From an uncultured Candidatus Saccharibacteria bacterium (GTDB lineage Bacteria; Patescibacteriota; Saccharimonadia; Saccharimonadales; AWTP1-31), in the NCBI GenBank assembly GCA_964615565.1, contig CAZTPC010000001.1:7353-71352 (forward strand): a stretch of DNA of 64,000 nucleotides, in the 5' to 3' direction. The translations under genes were made by a program, and so were the position numbers. Shown one piece after another: positions 37,643 to 47,012 of this stretch (its first letter is position 1; each line of letters starts with the position of its first letter). The notes beneath the pieces were generated by a model that saw only the letters and a list, made by a program, of their open reading frames with translations, was not told where the DNA came from and did no database searches.

Positions 37643-40339
37643 ATGGTTGACACATCACAAGACCCAGAACGATCAGCAGAGGTGCTGGGCGAGGGTGATT
37701 TATATCGAAACTCAGGCCTAACAGACCAACTCAACGAATCAGAGATCTCGGGGATAATTGCACGACTGGGTTCATTGGTACTCGACGAGGATACGGTTCT
37801 TGAAGAACATCAAAGAGAGCAGTTTAACGATGTTGTTCAGTTCTTCCAGGATGGTGGTAGAGAGTGTTATGTGAAGTCTCCAACTGGTACCGGTAAATCT
37901 GTTTTAATTGTCGAACTCAGTAAAAAACTTATTGAGACAATGCAGGAAGATGATGAGCCACAACGAGTTATCGTTTTAGCGCCGACAATCGATCTTGTCG
38001 AACAGATCGTGGGTGGCATAGAAGAAGACACTGGCAAGCGTCGTGGCTTTAAGGGGTTTGCTCCAGAGCTCGAAGCTCGATCGATTAACGGCAAAATGAC
38101 TCTTAATACGCGCATTCAGAATATTGGCGAAGCAGAGGTGTTGGTAACTACCTACGATACCTTCCGGAATCTGATTGCAGGTTTTGTTGACGGGGAAGAG
38201 CTTAGCGAAGAGGCAGTATCAGAACAGATCGCAGATCTTGAGCGTCAAGAGAACGAACATAAAGATGCCAATAGGCGCCTCAAGCGAGAGCGCGACCAGC
38301 ACCTTCGCGACGCCTGTGAGCGGCAAGACGTACGGCATGTTCGACAAAGAGCAGAAGACTTGATTGGTTCAGCGGCTCGAGGTGAGATTCTTGATAACAA
38401 AGCAGGGGCTGCCGTGGAGCGTTTCTTGGAAATCGCTGATGATGAGGGTATAACTGCCGAACGAAAGATTCAAGAGATGAAGCACGCCGCCAGAACTTTG
38501 ACGAATAAACGAGTTACAATGGCGGCGACATGGATGCACAAGCGTCGAAGAATGCATCGACAAGAGTTTGTAGTAGAGAAGAATGGTGACCCCGATGACT
38601 ATATTGCACTTACTGAAGATGAGTTAGATGCTGAGGCGCGAGATGCCTTTGGTCTAGATAGTATGGAGCGCTACCTAGCAATGTTCTTGCTTCAGAATCG
38701 CACCGCCAGACCTGCAATGGCATCAAAGCTTGAACTACGTAAAGATGTAGACGAAATAGAGAGACTAGAAGACCTTGCAGACGACGAACGTGACATGCAG
38801 TATCACGCCAAGGGTCAAGCTAAAGCACTAAAGACAAAGTGGATATTTGCTGATGCTATTTCTAAGTTTGGGCTAGTTGTCTGTGACGAGGCACACCGAG
38901 CAATCGGTACAGAGACCTGGCAAGCTATTCGTGACTTTGCCGAACGTAAAGAGATTGCGGTTGTTGGTCTTACGGCCACCGATGAATATTCAGATAGGTC
39001 ACTCGAAGACTACTTTGAGCAGAGGGTCCATGAGCTGACAAAGCAAGAAGCAATGCGTCGTAAGATTGTAAACCCAATCGCAATGTTCTCACATGATACT
39101 GGGCTACTGTTTAAAAACGTTTCTATTGATGCAAACGGTGATTACGACCGTGCAACGATTAAGCAGATGAGACTCAACGAAGAGCGTAACCAGATTGGTG
39201 TAAATTACGCGCAGATGCTAAGTGAGATGGGATACTCGGGCATTATGCCGGCCATTCCTGGAGACGGTGCTGCACATGCGAAGGTCTTGGCTGAGATGAT
39301 CAACAACACCATAATGATCGATCCAAAGACTGGCGAGGAACGTTTTATGCGAGCCTGCGCAGTTGATGGTAAAACCGATCCTGAGCTACGCAAGGAATAC
39401 TTCCGGCAGTACGAGGCGGGTGAGATTGACTGGATCTGTTTTGTCGATGTTATCCGTGAAGGCTGGGACAGCGACAAAGCAAAAGCGATTATCAACATGC
39501 GGCCAACTCGTTCGATATTGCTTGCAACGCAGCGTGTTGGACGTATAGGACGTACTTATCCTGGCGCTCCAGTCTCTATTGCAATTGATCTATTCGATGG
39601 AATTCTACTTGAGGATGGCGGCATGGAATTACCACCTGTCTTGGTGGCAGATGTGTTTGGCATGGACAATGTAGAGCAAGGTGCAATTGCCGGTGGTGTC
39701 GAGGCCTCGCTGCTAGACAGTGACCTAGAGCGACTACGGCAAGCCATGCCAACAGGAGTTATTGAGGCGCACCATTCACGGTACGTTCGGATAGTTAAAG
39801 AAGCTCAGCTTATCGATGCACGAGGTATCGCCAAAACCGAGACCGGGGCACAAAGGAATGAATGGCAAACTTTCGAGGCCATTCGTCGCGGCTTTAATGG
39901 CTTTTTGCCCAAAGAGATTATTCTCGACGCAATAGAGGGCGATAATCCGACTGTTCGTGTTACCAACGGTAAGAGCGGTGGCAATATCGTTCCGTTATTT
40001 AACATCAGCGATGTACTTGCCTTGCATAAAGATGCACCCGAGATAAACCCATGGAGATTATATAAAGACACTACTGGCACTGACTGGATCAGCCCAGAAG
40101 GTTGTACCGTTCTACTTTCTAAGCGGTTCCCAAATATCGCATCAGAAGAAATCTCTGACGTACTTCGGATGATAGAAGAAGAGCAAGGACAGAAGTTTGA
40201 GAAGCAGGTCGCGCGATTCCGCATTAACTTCAACGGTAACCCTGTTACTCGCCTTGGCTATACGCACTTATTTAGGCTGAGTGAAGTTATGGAACGACTT
40301 GTTCCGTATCTAAAAGATCTCGCTACGCTACAAAGTTAG
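37643..40339 (+). CDS. SF2 DEAH-box helicase (ResIII/SSL2-like) with large helical insertion
   Basis: SPTGTGKS, APTIDL, TTYDT, DEAH, TAT, REGWD and QRVGRIGR motifs. Confidence 0.88.
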   Translation: MVDTSQDPERSAEVLGEGDLYRNSGLTDQLNESEISGIIARLGSLVLDEDTVLEEHQREQFNDVVQFFQDGGRECYVKSPTGTGKSVLIVELSKKLIETMQEDDEPQRVIVLAPTIDLVEQIVGGIEEDTGKRRGFKGFAPELEARSINGKMTLNTRIQNIGEAEVLVTTYDTFRNLIAGFVDGEELSEEAVSEQIADLERQENEHKDANRRLKRERDQHLRDACERQDVRHVRQRAEDLIGSAARGEILDNKAGAAVERFLEIADDEGITAERKIQEMKHAARTLTNKRVTMAATWMHKRRRMHRQEFVVEKNGDPDDYIALTEDELDAEARDAFGLDSMERYLAMFLLQNRTARPAMASKLELRKDVDEIERLEDLADDERDMQYHAKGQAKALKTKWIFADAISKFGLVVCDEAHRAIGTETWQAIRDFAERKEIAVVGLTATDEYSDRSLEDYFEQRVHELTKQEAMRRKIVNPIAMFSHDTGLLFKNVSIDANGDYDRATIKQMRLNEERNQIGVNYAQMLSEMGYSGIMPAIPGDGAAHAKVLAEMINNTIMIDPKTGEERFMRACAVDGKTDPELRKEYFRQYEAGEIDWICFVDVIREGWDSDKAKAIINMRPTRSILLATQRVGRIGRTYPGAPVSIAIDLFDGILLEDGGMELPPVLVADVFGMDNVEQGAIAGGVEASLLDSDLERLRQAMPTGVIEAHHSRYVRIVKEAQLIDARGIAKTETGAQRNEWQTFEAIRRGFNGFLPKEIILDAIEGDNPTVRVTNGKSGGNIVPLFNISDVLALHKDAPEINPWRLYKDTTGTDWISPEGCTVLLSKRFPNIASEEISDVLRMIEEEQGQKFEKQVARFRINFNGNPVTRLGYTHLFRLSEVMERLVPYLKDLATLQS

Positions 40340-41618
40340 CGCGCAGCCACTCGTCTAGGCTGTCGCCACCACCACCTGCCATACCAACAACCATGTCGCC
40401 AGCGTCCAAGTGTTTCTGGATGGCTATTTTTAGCTTGTCGTCACGTTTAGCAGCCTGGGCAATGGATGGATCGGATAGATGACTAATGAGCTCTTCTGGT
40501 GGGATGATTCGCTGGTTTGGGTCTTCTCGCGCAAGGTAGCTCGGGATCCAATACACTTTTTCTGCTCCGGCAAAACTGTCTTTGTAATCATCGATCATAT
40601 AATGCTGCCGGCGATTGGTTAGTGGTTCGTAGATGATAATGACTTTTTGCTCTTTTTCTGCGGCCATTTCTAGCGCCACACTCATGCCACCACGTACTTT
40701 TTCAGGTGTGTGGGCATAGTCGGAATATAGGTTCGGCACAAGTTGTTCCATCCGTCGCTGCAGCCCTGGAAACTTGCTCATAAGCGGTATTAACTTTGCA
40801 ATCGGTACTTTGGTAATCTCGTGAACTGCTTGAATGACCAGCCAGGCATCGAGTCGGTTAAATCGTCCGGCCAGTGCAACTTCGTTTATTTGTGGATGGT
40901 CGCTAGTGAGCACATCTAGCTTCGAAGTCCCAGTCAAGCCCAGGTAATCGTAATCTTCTTGCCATAGAACGGTACGGCTAGACTGGCCGATAAACTCTTT
41001 GAAAGCTTCCTGGTAATCTTCACGAGTAGGGAAGATCTCATGATGATCCCAAGTCACACCAGTTATGACACTCAAGTACGGCTCAAATGCTAAGAAATTA
41101 CGATCGAACTCGTCGCATTCGTACACAAATACGTCACTAGTTGGGTCAAAATGGCCCATCTCAGCAAAGCTAGTTTTAGCCGGCAAAATGTAACTTTGGG
41201 GCACCTTCAGCTGGGTCAGTAACCAAACGGCCATAGCAGTGGTAGTAGTCTTGCCATGCGTGCCAGCGATAGCGATCATCTTGAGTTTTTTGTCACTAAC
41301 TATCAGGTTGATCAGTTCGTCGCGTTTGCTGCGTTTAATATTCTGACTCTCGGCGTATACCAACTCCGGATGGTTTGGATTTTCTTTTACAACGGCAGAC
41401 GAATACACAAACCAATCAATTGGCGTAGCTTCATGTACGCGTGCCATATCCTCTACCGTTTGACCAATATGTATATCGGTAATCCCATGCTTTTTCAGAT
41501 ACTGAATATACTGCGAGTCTTGCTTGTCGCTACCAGAAACTTTGTAGCCGGCCTGCTTGGCGATCATGGCCAATGGGCCTACGCCTGTGCCACCAATTCC
41601 ACTAATGTAAATATGCAT
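40323..41618 (-). CDS. murC: Mur ligase, UDP-N-acetylmuramate--L-alanine ligase-like
   Basis: GIGGTG...VSGSD, AGTHGKTTTT, ECDEFD, DH, RR and DYAHTP motifs. Confidence 0.82.
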   Translation of the reverse strand: MHIYISGIGGTGVGPLAMIAKQAGYKVSGSDKQDSQYIQYLKKHGITDIHIGQTVEDMARVHEATPIDWFVYSSAVVKENPNHPELVYAESQNIKRSKRDELINLIVSDKKLKMIAIAGTHGKTTTTAMAVWLLTQLKVPQSYILPAKTSFAEMGHFDPTSDVFVYECDEFDRNFLAFEPYLSVITGVTWDHHEIFPTREDYQEAFKEFIGQSSRTVLWQEDYDYLGLTGTSKLDVLTSDHPQINEVALAGRFNRLDAWLVIQAVHEITKVPIAKLIPLMSKFPGLQRRMEQLVPNLYSDYAHTPEKVRGGMSVALEMAAEKEQKVIIIYEPLTNRRQHYMIDDYKDSFAGAEKVYWIPSYLAREDPNQRIIPPEELISHLSDPSIAQAAKRDDKLKIAIQKHLDAGDMVVGMAGGGGDSLDEWLRANFVA

Positions 41619-41654
41619 ATGTTTAGTATAGCTGGGTCTGCTAGTATTAGTACC

Positions 41655-42314
41655 ATGCCGCAAAAACAAACAGGGCCAACAATTCTATTTTTGCAAGATG
41701 GTGACCGTCGCTGGGCGGAGCGCGAAGGTGTATCGTACCGCGAAGGGTACGAAAAAATGACCGAAAAAATCGGCCTGCTTATCAACACTCTCGCAAAAAA
41801 AGGAATTAATAAACTGTATTTGCCGTCCAACTCTATTGCTAATCTGAGCCGGCCAAAAGAGCAGGTAGATGCTTGGTTCGAAGCTTATCTGAACTTGCCC
41901 AAGTATGTAGATGTTCCGCTCAACATTATTTTCTGTGGTGACGTCGATAGAATTCCTGAAGAGTTCAAGGATCGCTACGATCAACTTCAGGCTAGTTCCG
42001 ATCCTGAAGGTTTTGAATTTCACTTCTTACTGAACTGGTCAACGCTCGACGAGATAGCTCGTATTAGTACTAAGATTGCTAAAGAACACAAAGTGATTAC
42101 CCCGGAGCTTCTACTGCAGTATTCAGACATCCCAGAACCAGTTGACCTGGTTGTGCGTAGCGGTAAGCGCCGACGAATCTCTTCGTTTATGCCTCTCTCG
42201 GGACAGTATTCAGAGCTTGTATTCCTGGATATCTTGTTTCCCGATCTTACAGAATCAGACGTCGAATGGTTTCTAGAAGAGTACGCTACCCGCGAACGTA
42301 CGTACGGTAAGTAG
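41655..42314 (+). CDS. uppS: cis-Prenyltransferase (undecaprenyl diphosphate synthase family)
   Basis: DGDRRWA, DLVVRSG..RISSF, FPD and C-terminal RTYG; start ATG 41655. Confidence 0.72.
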   Translation: MPQKQTGPTILFLQDGDRRWAEREGVSYREGYEKMTEKIGLLINTLAKKGINKLYLPSNSIANLSRPKEQVDAWFEAYLNLPKYVDVPLNIIFCGDVDRIPEEFKDRYDQLQASSDPEGFEFHFLLNWSTLDEIARISTKIAKEHKVITPELLLQYSDIPEPVDLVVRSGKRRRISSFMPLSGQYSELVFLDILFPDLTESDVEWFLEEYATRERTYGK

Positions 42315-42352
42315 CCTCCAGCCAAATACTTGTGCCATAATAAGTACAACTT

Positions 42353-43570
42353 ATGTTTAAAAAACTTCTACGCCGGCTTTGGGCACCGCGGCATGCGTGG
42401 CGAGGTATAGATTTCGACGAACTGAGCGAGATCTATGTCTCCATGATGTTGCGCAGCCTTGCCACCAGTATGATGGGTATTTTTATTCCCATCTATCTAT
42501 ATAGATTGGGCCATTCAGTACCAGAAATTATGAGTGTGTTCGGCTGCTATTTTAGTGTGCGTGTGTTGTTAGATTTAATCGCTGCACATACTACCGCTCG
42601 CATAGGGCCAAAACACACCTTGGTTATTGGTCAGTTTTTGCAAATTGCTACCTCCGCTTTGTTTCTAACATTGCCAACGTTTGGCTGGCCTTTACTGTTA
42701 CTAGGTATCTTTTGGGGCGGTGCAGCCAGCTTCTTCTTCGTACCATTCCATGTCGATTTTTCCAAGATCAAACATAAGGCACACGGTGGCAAAGAGTTGA
42801 GCTATGAACAAATAATGGAGAAAGTTGGCTATGCACTTGGCCCAGTAATAAGTGGTATTGTTGCCACGCTGTTTGGCGCACAGTATATCTTCCTCGCTTC
42901 TGCAATCATGCTTATAGCTGGTCTTTGGCCACTGTTCCGAACCCCGGAGCCAATGCAGCTTAAGCAAAAACTAGATTATGCTGGATTAGATTTTAAGAAA
43001 GTAAAACACGTCATCCCTTCATATATCGGTTTGAACGTCGAGAACACCTTATGCTTAATGCTGTGGCCACTTTTTCTGGCGATGTTTGTTATCACCGATG
43101 GGACGGTATTCGCCGGGGTGGGCACTATGGCATCGATCTCCGTAGTGGCCTCTATATTGGCAGCCCACGCTATCGGAAAAACTGTCGACAATCACCAAGG
43201 GAGGTCGCTTTTGCGGTATAGCGCCATCGCAAATAGTCTGGTGTATATCGTCAGAGTATTTACTATCAGCTATCCAATGGCTCTCGCTACTAACATCGCT
43301 AACGAAGCTATCACTATGGGGTATCGACTGCCATACACTAAGGCTGTCTACGATGCGGCTGACGATCTGCCTGGATATCGCATAGTCTTCATCAGCAGTA
43401 TGGAGATTATAGGCTGCATAGCTAAAGCCAGTATGTGGTGGGTATTAACTGGGTTGGCATTGATTCTGACCGCCAAGCAAACTATTTACGTAGGCTTTGG
43501 TATCGCCGCCGTAGCATCGCTGATGATCATGACTGAGAAATTTAAAGCTCTTGAGCCAAAGAGAGCATAA
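42353..43570 (+). CDS. MFS transporter
   Basis: About 12 TMs in two halves. Confidence 0.8.
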   Translation: MFKKLLRRLWAPRHAWRGIDFDELSEIYVSMMLRSLATSMMGIFIPIYLYRLGHSVPEIMSVFGCYFSVRVLLDLIAAHTTARIGPKHTLVIGQFLQIATSALFLTLPTFGWPLLLLGIFWGGAASFFFVPFHVDFSKIKHKAHGGKELSYEQIMEKVGYALGPVISGIVATLFGAQYIFLASAIMLIAGLWPLFRTPEPMQLKQKLDYAGLDFKKVKHVIPSYIGLNVENTLCLMLWPLFLAMFVITDGTVFAGVGTMASISVVASILAAHAIGKTVDNHQGRSLLRYSAIANSLVYIVRVFTISYPMALATNIANEAITMGYRLPYTKAVYDAADDLPGYRIVFISSMEIIGCIAKASMWWVLTGLALILTAKQTIYVGFGIAAVASLMIMTEKFKALEPKRA

Positions 43571-43578
43571 TAAATATT

Positions 43579-44190
43579 ATGGATAAAAAGTTTTTTAAAC
43601 ACCTTTACAAAGCTACTCGGCATATACATATGTTCGCTTTCTTGGCGGTGGCAATTGTAAGTGGCGTTGTTTGTGTCATGGCGCTGCGCAACAACAACGT
43701 AACTGCTCTCCGGCTTCGAGATACTGTAAACCAGGTCGATAAAGATAACGGTGACGTAGAGACTGCCCTTAGGAATCTGCGGGCCTATATGTATAGCCAT
43801 ATGAACACCAATCTATCCACAGGACCGAACGCTATAAAGCCACCAATTCAGCTCAAGTATCGATATGAGCGGCTTCTTGAGGCTCAGCAGCAACAGGTGA
43901 GCGTAGAGAATGCAAAGATCTACTCAGATGCGCAGGCTGAGTGTGAGAAACAATTTCCTAAAGGACTGTCTGGAAGTGGCCGTATCCCTTGCGTGACTGA
44001 GTATATTAGCTCGCGAGGCGTTGCTCAGGAGCCAATCGAAGACAGCGCGTACAAGTTCGATTTCGTATCACCTCTCTGGTCGCCGGATCTGGCAGGTTGG
44101 ACGCTAGTAATCTCGAGCGTGTCGCTTGCCTTATTTGCTCTGCGTTTTGTTATGGAACGCTGGATGAAGGCCGAACTCCGCGACCTCTAG
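43579..44190 (+). CDS. Hypothetical membrane protein
   Basis: N- and C-terminal TMs; LRAYMYSHMNT and FVSP.WSPDLAG motifs look conserved. Confidence 0.7.
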   Translation: MDKKFFKHLYKATRHIHMFAFLAVAIVSGVVCVMALRNNNVTALRLRDTVNQVDKDNGDVETALRNLRAYMYSHMNTNLSTGPNAIKPPIQLKYRYERLLEAQQQQVSVENAKIYSDAQAECEKQFPKGLSGSGRIPCVTEYISSRGVAQEPIEDSAYKFDFVSPLWSPDLAGWTLVISSVSLALFALRFVMERWMKAELRDL

Positions 44191-44882
44191 GCAGCTTCGG
44201 GTAGTCGGTGCTCTGGCGGCGTAACTTCGTGTAGTTCTCTAAAAATATCCAAAAGAGGCGAATCTGTTAGTTGGAATGTATGCCGCTTGTCGTGCCCTGG
44301 ATCGACAACTCTAGTTACTAAGCCGGTTGCTTCTAGATCTTCAAAGACGTTGGTAACTGTACTTGCGCCATATCGGTAGTGAATCTCTCGGCTGAGTCCA
44401 CTTGCAAAGAACGTTTTGTCCTCCTTTGTGCCAACCAGATACATGGCTATTTGTGGGCGAGGTGTATTGCCGAATAGTGTCTTGCCCATGTGTCGAGCAA
44501 TACCAGGGTCAATAGGGTGTCCATCTGTTGCTAGGCGAGGGAAGGTAGGGTCTAAGCTGGATAATGCTGCGTTGAATGGTCTCCACAGTTCTGAACGTGT
44601 GGTCGTATACCAGTGAATCATCGCGCTACTAGCTTTTCTTTGAGGGGTCAGTTGCCTTGTCAGGAGCCCTGTACTCACTAATCCTTCCAGGTGTGGACGA
44701 CTCGATCCAGCTGGAATATGAAGTGCTTCGCTTATCTCTGGCAGGGTAAACTCTTTCTCGCCATCTTGAGCCATGAAACGGAGACAATCAGTAATTATAC
44801 GAAAACGATATTCGTTTCCGAACAAGACTTTTCCTACCTGTTCAGGTGTGGGTAATTCTATTCCAGCGTTCGCCATGATCAC
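44187..44882 (-). CDS. Tandem winged-helix DNA-binding protein
   Basis: Internal duplication GKVLFGN...LVSTGLL / GKTLFGN...LEATGLV. Confidence 0.65.
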   Translation of the reverse strand: MIMANAGIELPTPEQVGKVLFGNEYRFRIITDCLRFMAQDGEKEFTLPEISEALHIPAGSSRPHLEGLVSTGLLTRQLTPQRKASSAMIHWYTTTRSELWRPFNAALSSLDPTFPRLATDGHPIDPGIARHMGKTLFGNTPRPQIAMYLVGTKEDKTFFASGLSREIHYRYGASTVTNVFEDLEATGLVTRVVDPGHDKRHTFQLTDSPLLDIFRELHEVTPPEHRLPEAA

Positions 44883-45047
44883 GACAGTATGGCATAGCTA
44901 GTTTTTTGTAGCAATACCCTGTTGTTATCTGTAAAATCGGCGACAGGGGTAGACCGATGTAAAAGTGGCATTTCTTGTTGACAGAGGTTGAGCCACCGGA
45001 GTATCTTAGGGGTGCACTAGTAACGTATAAGAGAGGGAGACAAATCT

Positions 45048-45245
45048 ATGGCTTACAGTCACACAAACTCAAAAGGAGTAACTTACTACCTTAACTCAAA
45101 GGCAGTTGTACTTCGCGGTGGTAAAGAGCAGACTATCTATTACTTCAGCAAGGACGAGCGTCCTGAAGCTACTGATCTACCAGCGGGTATGGAAGTTAAC
45201 GAAAACCCACGTAACGGTTTCCTTACCGTTAAGCGAACCAAGTAA
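45048..45245 (+). CDS. Small conserved-looking hypothetical protein
   Basis: 65 aa with GAGGGAG SD, upstream TTGACA promoter element and own terminator. Confidence 0.75.
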   Translation: MAYSHTNSKGVTYYLNSKAVVLRGGKEQTIYYFSKDERPEATDLPAGMEVNENPRNGFLTVKRTK

Positions 45246-45267
45246 GTATAACTACTTGTTTCACACC

Positions 45268-45300
45268 AGACCCGGGGACCACCCGGGTCTTTTGTTTATT
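45268..45300 (+). terminator. Intrinsic terminator
   Basis: AGACCCGGG-GACCA-CCCGGGTCT followed by TTTGTTT. Confidence 0.8.
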
Positions 45301-46144
45301 CCTGAGTTTGGGCGTTGGCCCCGAGACCATGGTCGGCATACATATCGATGCGATCAAGACGACCGGTCTTCTGTCCTAAATACTGACGGACAAATGTCGC
45401 TACGCTATCATAGCGATCGCCGTCGGTGAGTACGATAGCTGCCGGATCGGTTATGGCGATTTGCCTGCCTGTCGTGGTAAAAATACATCCCCCAAGTACT
45501 ACGTCGCAAGGGAAGGCCTTGTCATCTTGCTCTAGTATGCGGTGCAAGACATGATCGCGGTAGTCAAGCTGGACGTGGCAGTTGCCGCCACGATATAGCG
45601 GGCGGGCGCCATACACTTTCCGCAGCCTATCTCTCGATAGGGCTCGAAAGCTTCTTAATGCATCTGTTGCCGGACTCGGTCCGTTAAAGAAAACGGTAGT
45701 ACCAAAGGCGACTCCTCCTAGTGCGGGTGAGAGGTTCGCACGTCCAAGCATAGTCTCAACCCACTTTTTACCAGGAATGCAGTCAGCGTCAGTAATCATA
45801 AGGGGACTTATGCCTCGTGTTTGGCGGATATGCTGCAAGCCAATCTTGTAGGCCAGCATCTGACCCCGCCCAGTTGTTAATACCGTGGCTCCCATTTCCG
45901 CTGCAACTTCGGCAGTCCCATCCGGAGAACCGCTGTCGACTACAACCGGTTCAACGTCTACCGACGAACGTGCTAATGCTGCCAGCGTAACTGGTAGGTC
46001 GTCGGTTTCATTGTAAGTAGGTATGATTACGGGGATACCTTCACCTGGCGTAAACGCCGCACGAGTAAAGTCTCCAAATTCTAAGCTCACCTCCGAACCG
46101 GGGCGACCACGTTGCTTTACTACCTCTAGATAACTTACAGACAT
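45296..46144 (-). CDS. Glycosyltransferase family 2 (divergent)
   Basis: VIIPTYNE, VVDSGSPDGT and TDAD motifs. Confidence 0.82.
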   Translation of the reverse strand: MSVSYLEVVKQRGRPGSEVSLEFGDFTRAAFTPGEGIPVIIPTYNETDDLPVTLAALARSSVDVEPVVVDSGSPDGTAEVAAEMGATVLTTGRGQMLAYKIGLQHIRQTRGISPLMITDADCIPGKKWVETMLGRANLSPALGGVAFGTTVFFNGPSPATDALRSFRALSRDRLRKVYGARPLYRGGNCHVQLDYRDHVLHRILEQDDKAFPCDVVLGGCIFTTTGRQIAITDPAAIVLTDGDRYDSVATFVRQYLGQKTGRLDRIDMYADHGLGANAQTQE

Positions 46145-46231
46145 ATGAATTTGCTTATTAAACACTCGTTGAGACAGGAAAGCAAGTTGATTATTAATTA
46201 ACAAGTTAAGCTCGTTTGATATAGTGGATGT

Positions 46232-47011
46232 ATGACAAAAGCAAACAAAGCTGCCAGTCGACCAATGCTCGAGGTTACTGGCCTTACTAAGAAATACGAT
46301 GATAAAACTGTCGTAAAGGGCATAAGCTTTACTGTTAAGAAGGGAGAGATCTTCGGGATTCTCGGCCCGAACGGAGCCGGTAAGACAACAACATTAGAAA
46401 TGATTGAAACGCTTCGAGAGATCGATGGTGGTCAGGCGCTAGTTGATGGCGTAGACGTAGCCGAAAACCCTCAGGTAGTAAAGTTTATCATTGGAGTACA
46501 GCCACAGAGCCCTGCGTTTATGAGCAATGTAAAGCTAACTGAACAGTTAGAGCAAATGGCTAGCGCGTATGGTGTAAAGGTGAATGCCAAGAAGCTTTTA
46601 GATGAGGTAAACCTAGGTGACAAAGCTAATGCCTATGTAGAGAACCTGTCTGGAGGTCAAAAACAACGCTTTAGCGTAATTGCTTCGCTAGTCCATGAGC
46701 CAAAAGTTTTTTTTCTGGACGAACCGACCACTGGCCTTGATCCACAAGCACGCCGTCACCTCTGGGATTTAATACGAGAGATACAGGCAAAGGGGGTCAC
46801 CGTGATACTTACGACTCACTATATGGACGAAGCCGAGCTACTGTGTGACCGAGTGGCTATCATGGATAGTGGCAAGATTGTCACTATTGATACTCCTGCA
46901 AACCTTATCAAACAATTGTTATCTCGAGGCTTTAAGAAGAACCAAAAGGTTCAGCAGGCTAATCTAGAAGATGTTTTTATCGACCTAACTGGCAAGGAGT
47001 TGGAGGATTAA
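46232..47011 (+). CDS. ABC transporter ATP-binding protein
   Basis: GPNGAGKTT, LSGGQ, DEPT and TTH motifs. Confidence 0.95.
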   Translation: MTKANKAASRPMLEVTGLTKKYDDKTVVKGISFTVKKGEIFGILGPNGAGKTTTLEMIETLREIDGGQALVDGVDVAENPQVVKFIIGVQPQSPAFMSNVKLTEQLEQMASAYGVKVNAKKLLDEVNLGDKANAYVENLSGGQKQRFSVIASLVHEPKVFFLDEPTTGLDPQARRHLWDLIREIQAKGVTVILTTHYMDEAELLCDRVAIMDSGKIVTIDTPANLIKQLLSRGFKKNQKVQQANLEDVFIDLTGKELED

Positions 47012-47012
47012 T

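Noticed and set aside
38161-38885. Helicase insertion as an intein
   Set aside because: No C/S start with a His-Asn plus C/S/T end and no LAGLIDADG motif; it reads as a charged helical insert.
41256-41654. N-terminal extension of the uppS-like ORF
   Set aside because: It overlaps the Mur ligase gene on the opposite strand; family similarity and a -10 element both start at ATG 41655.
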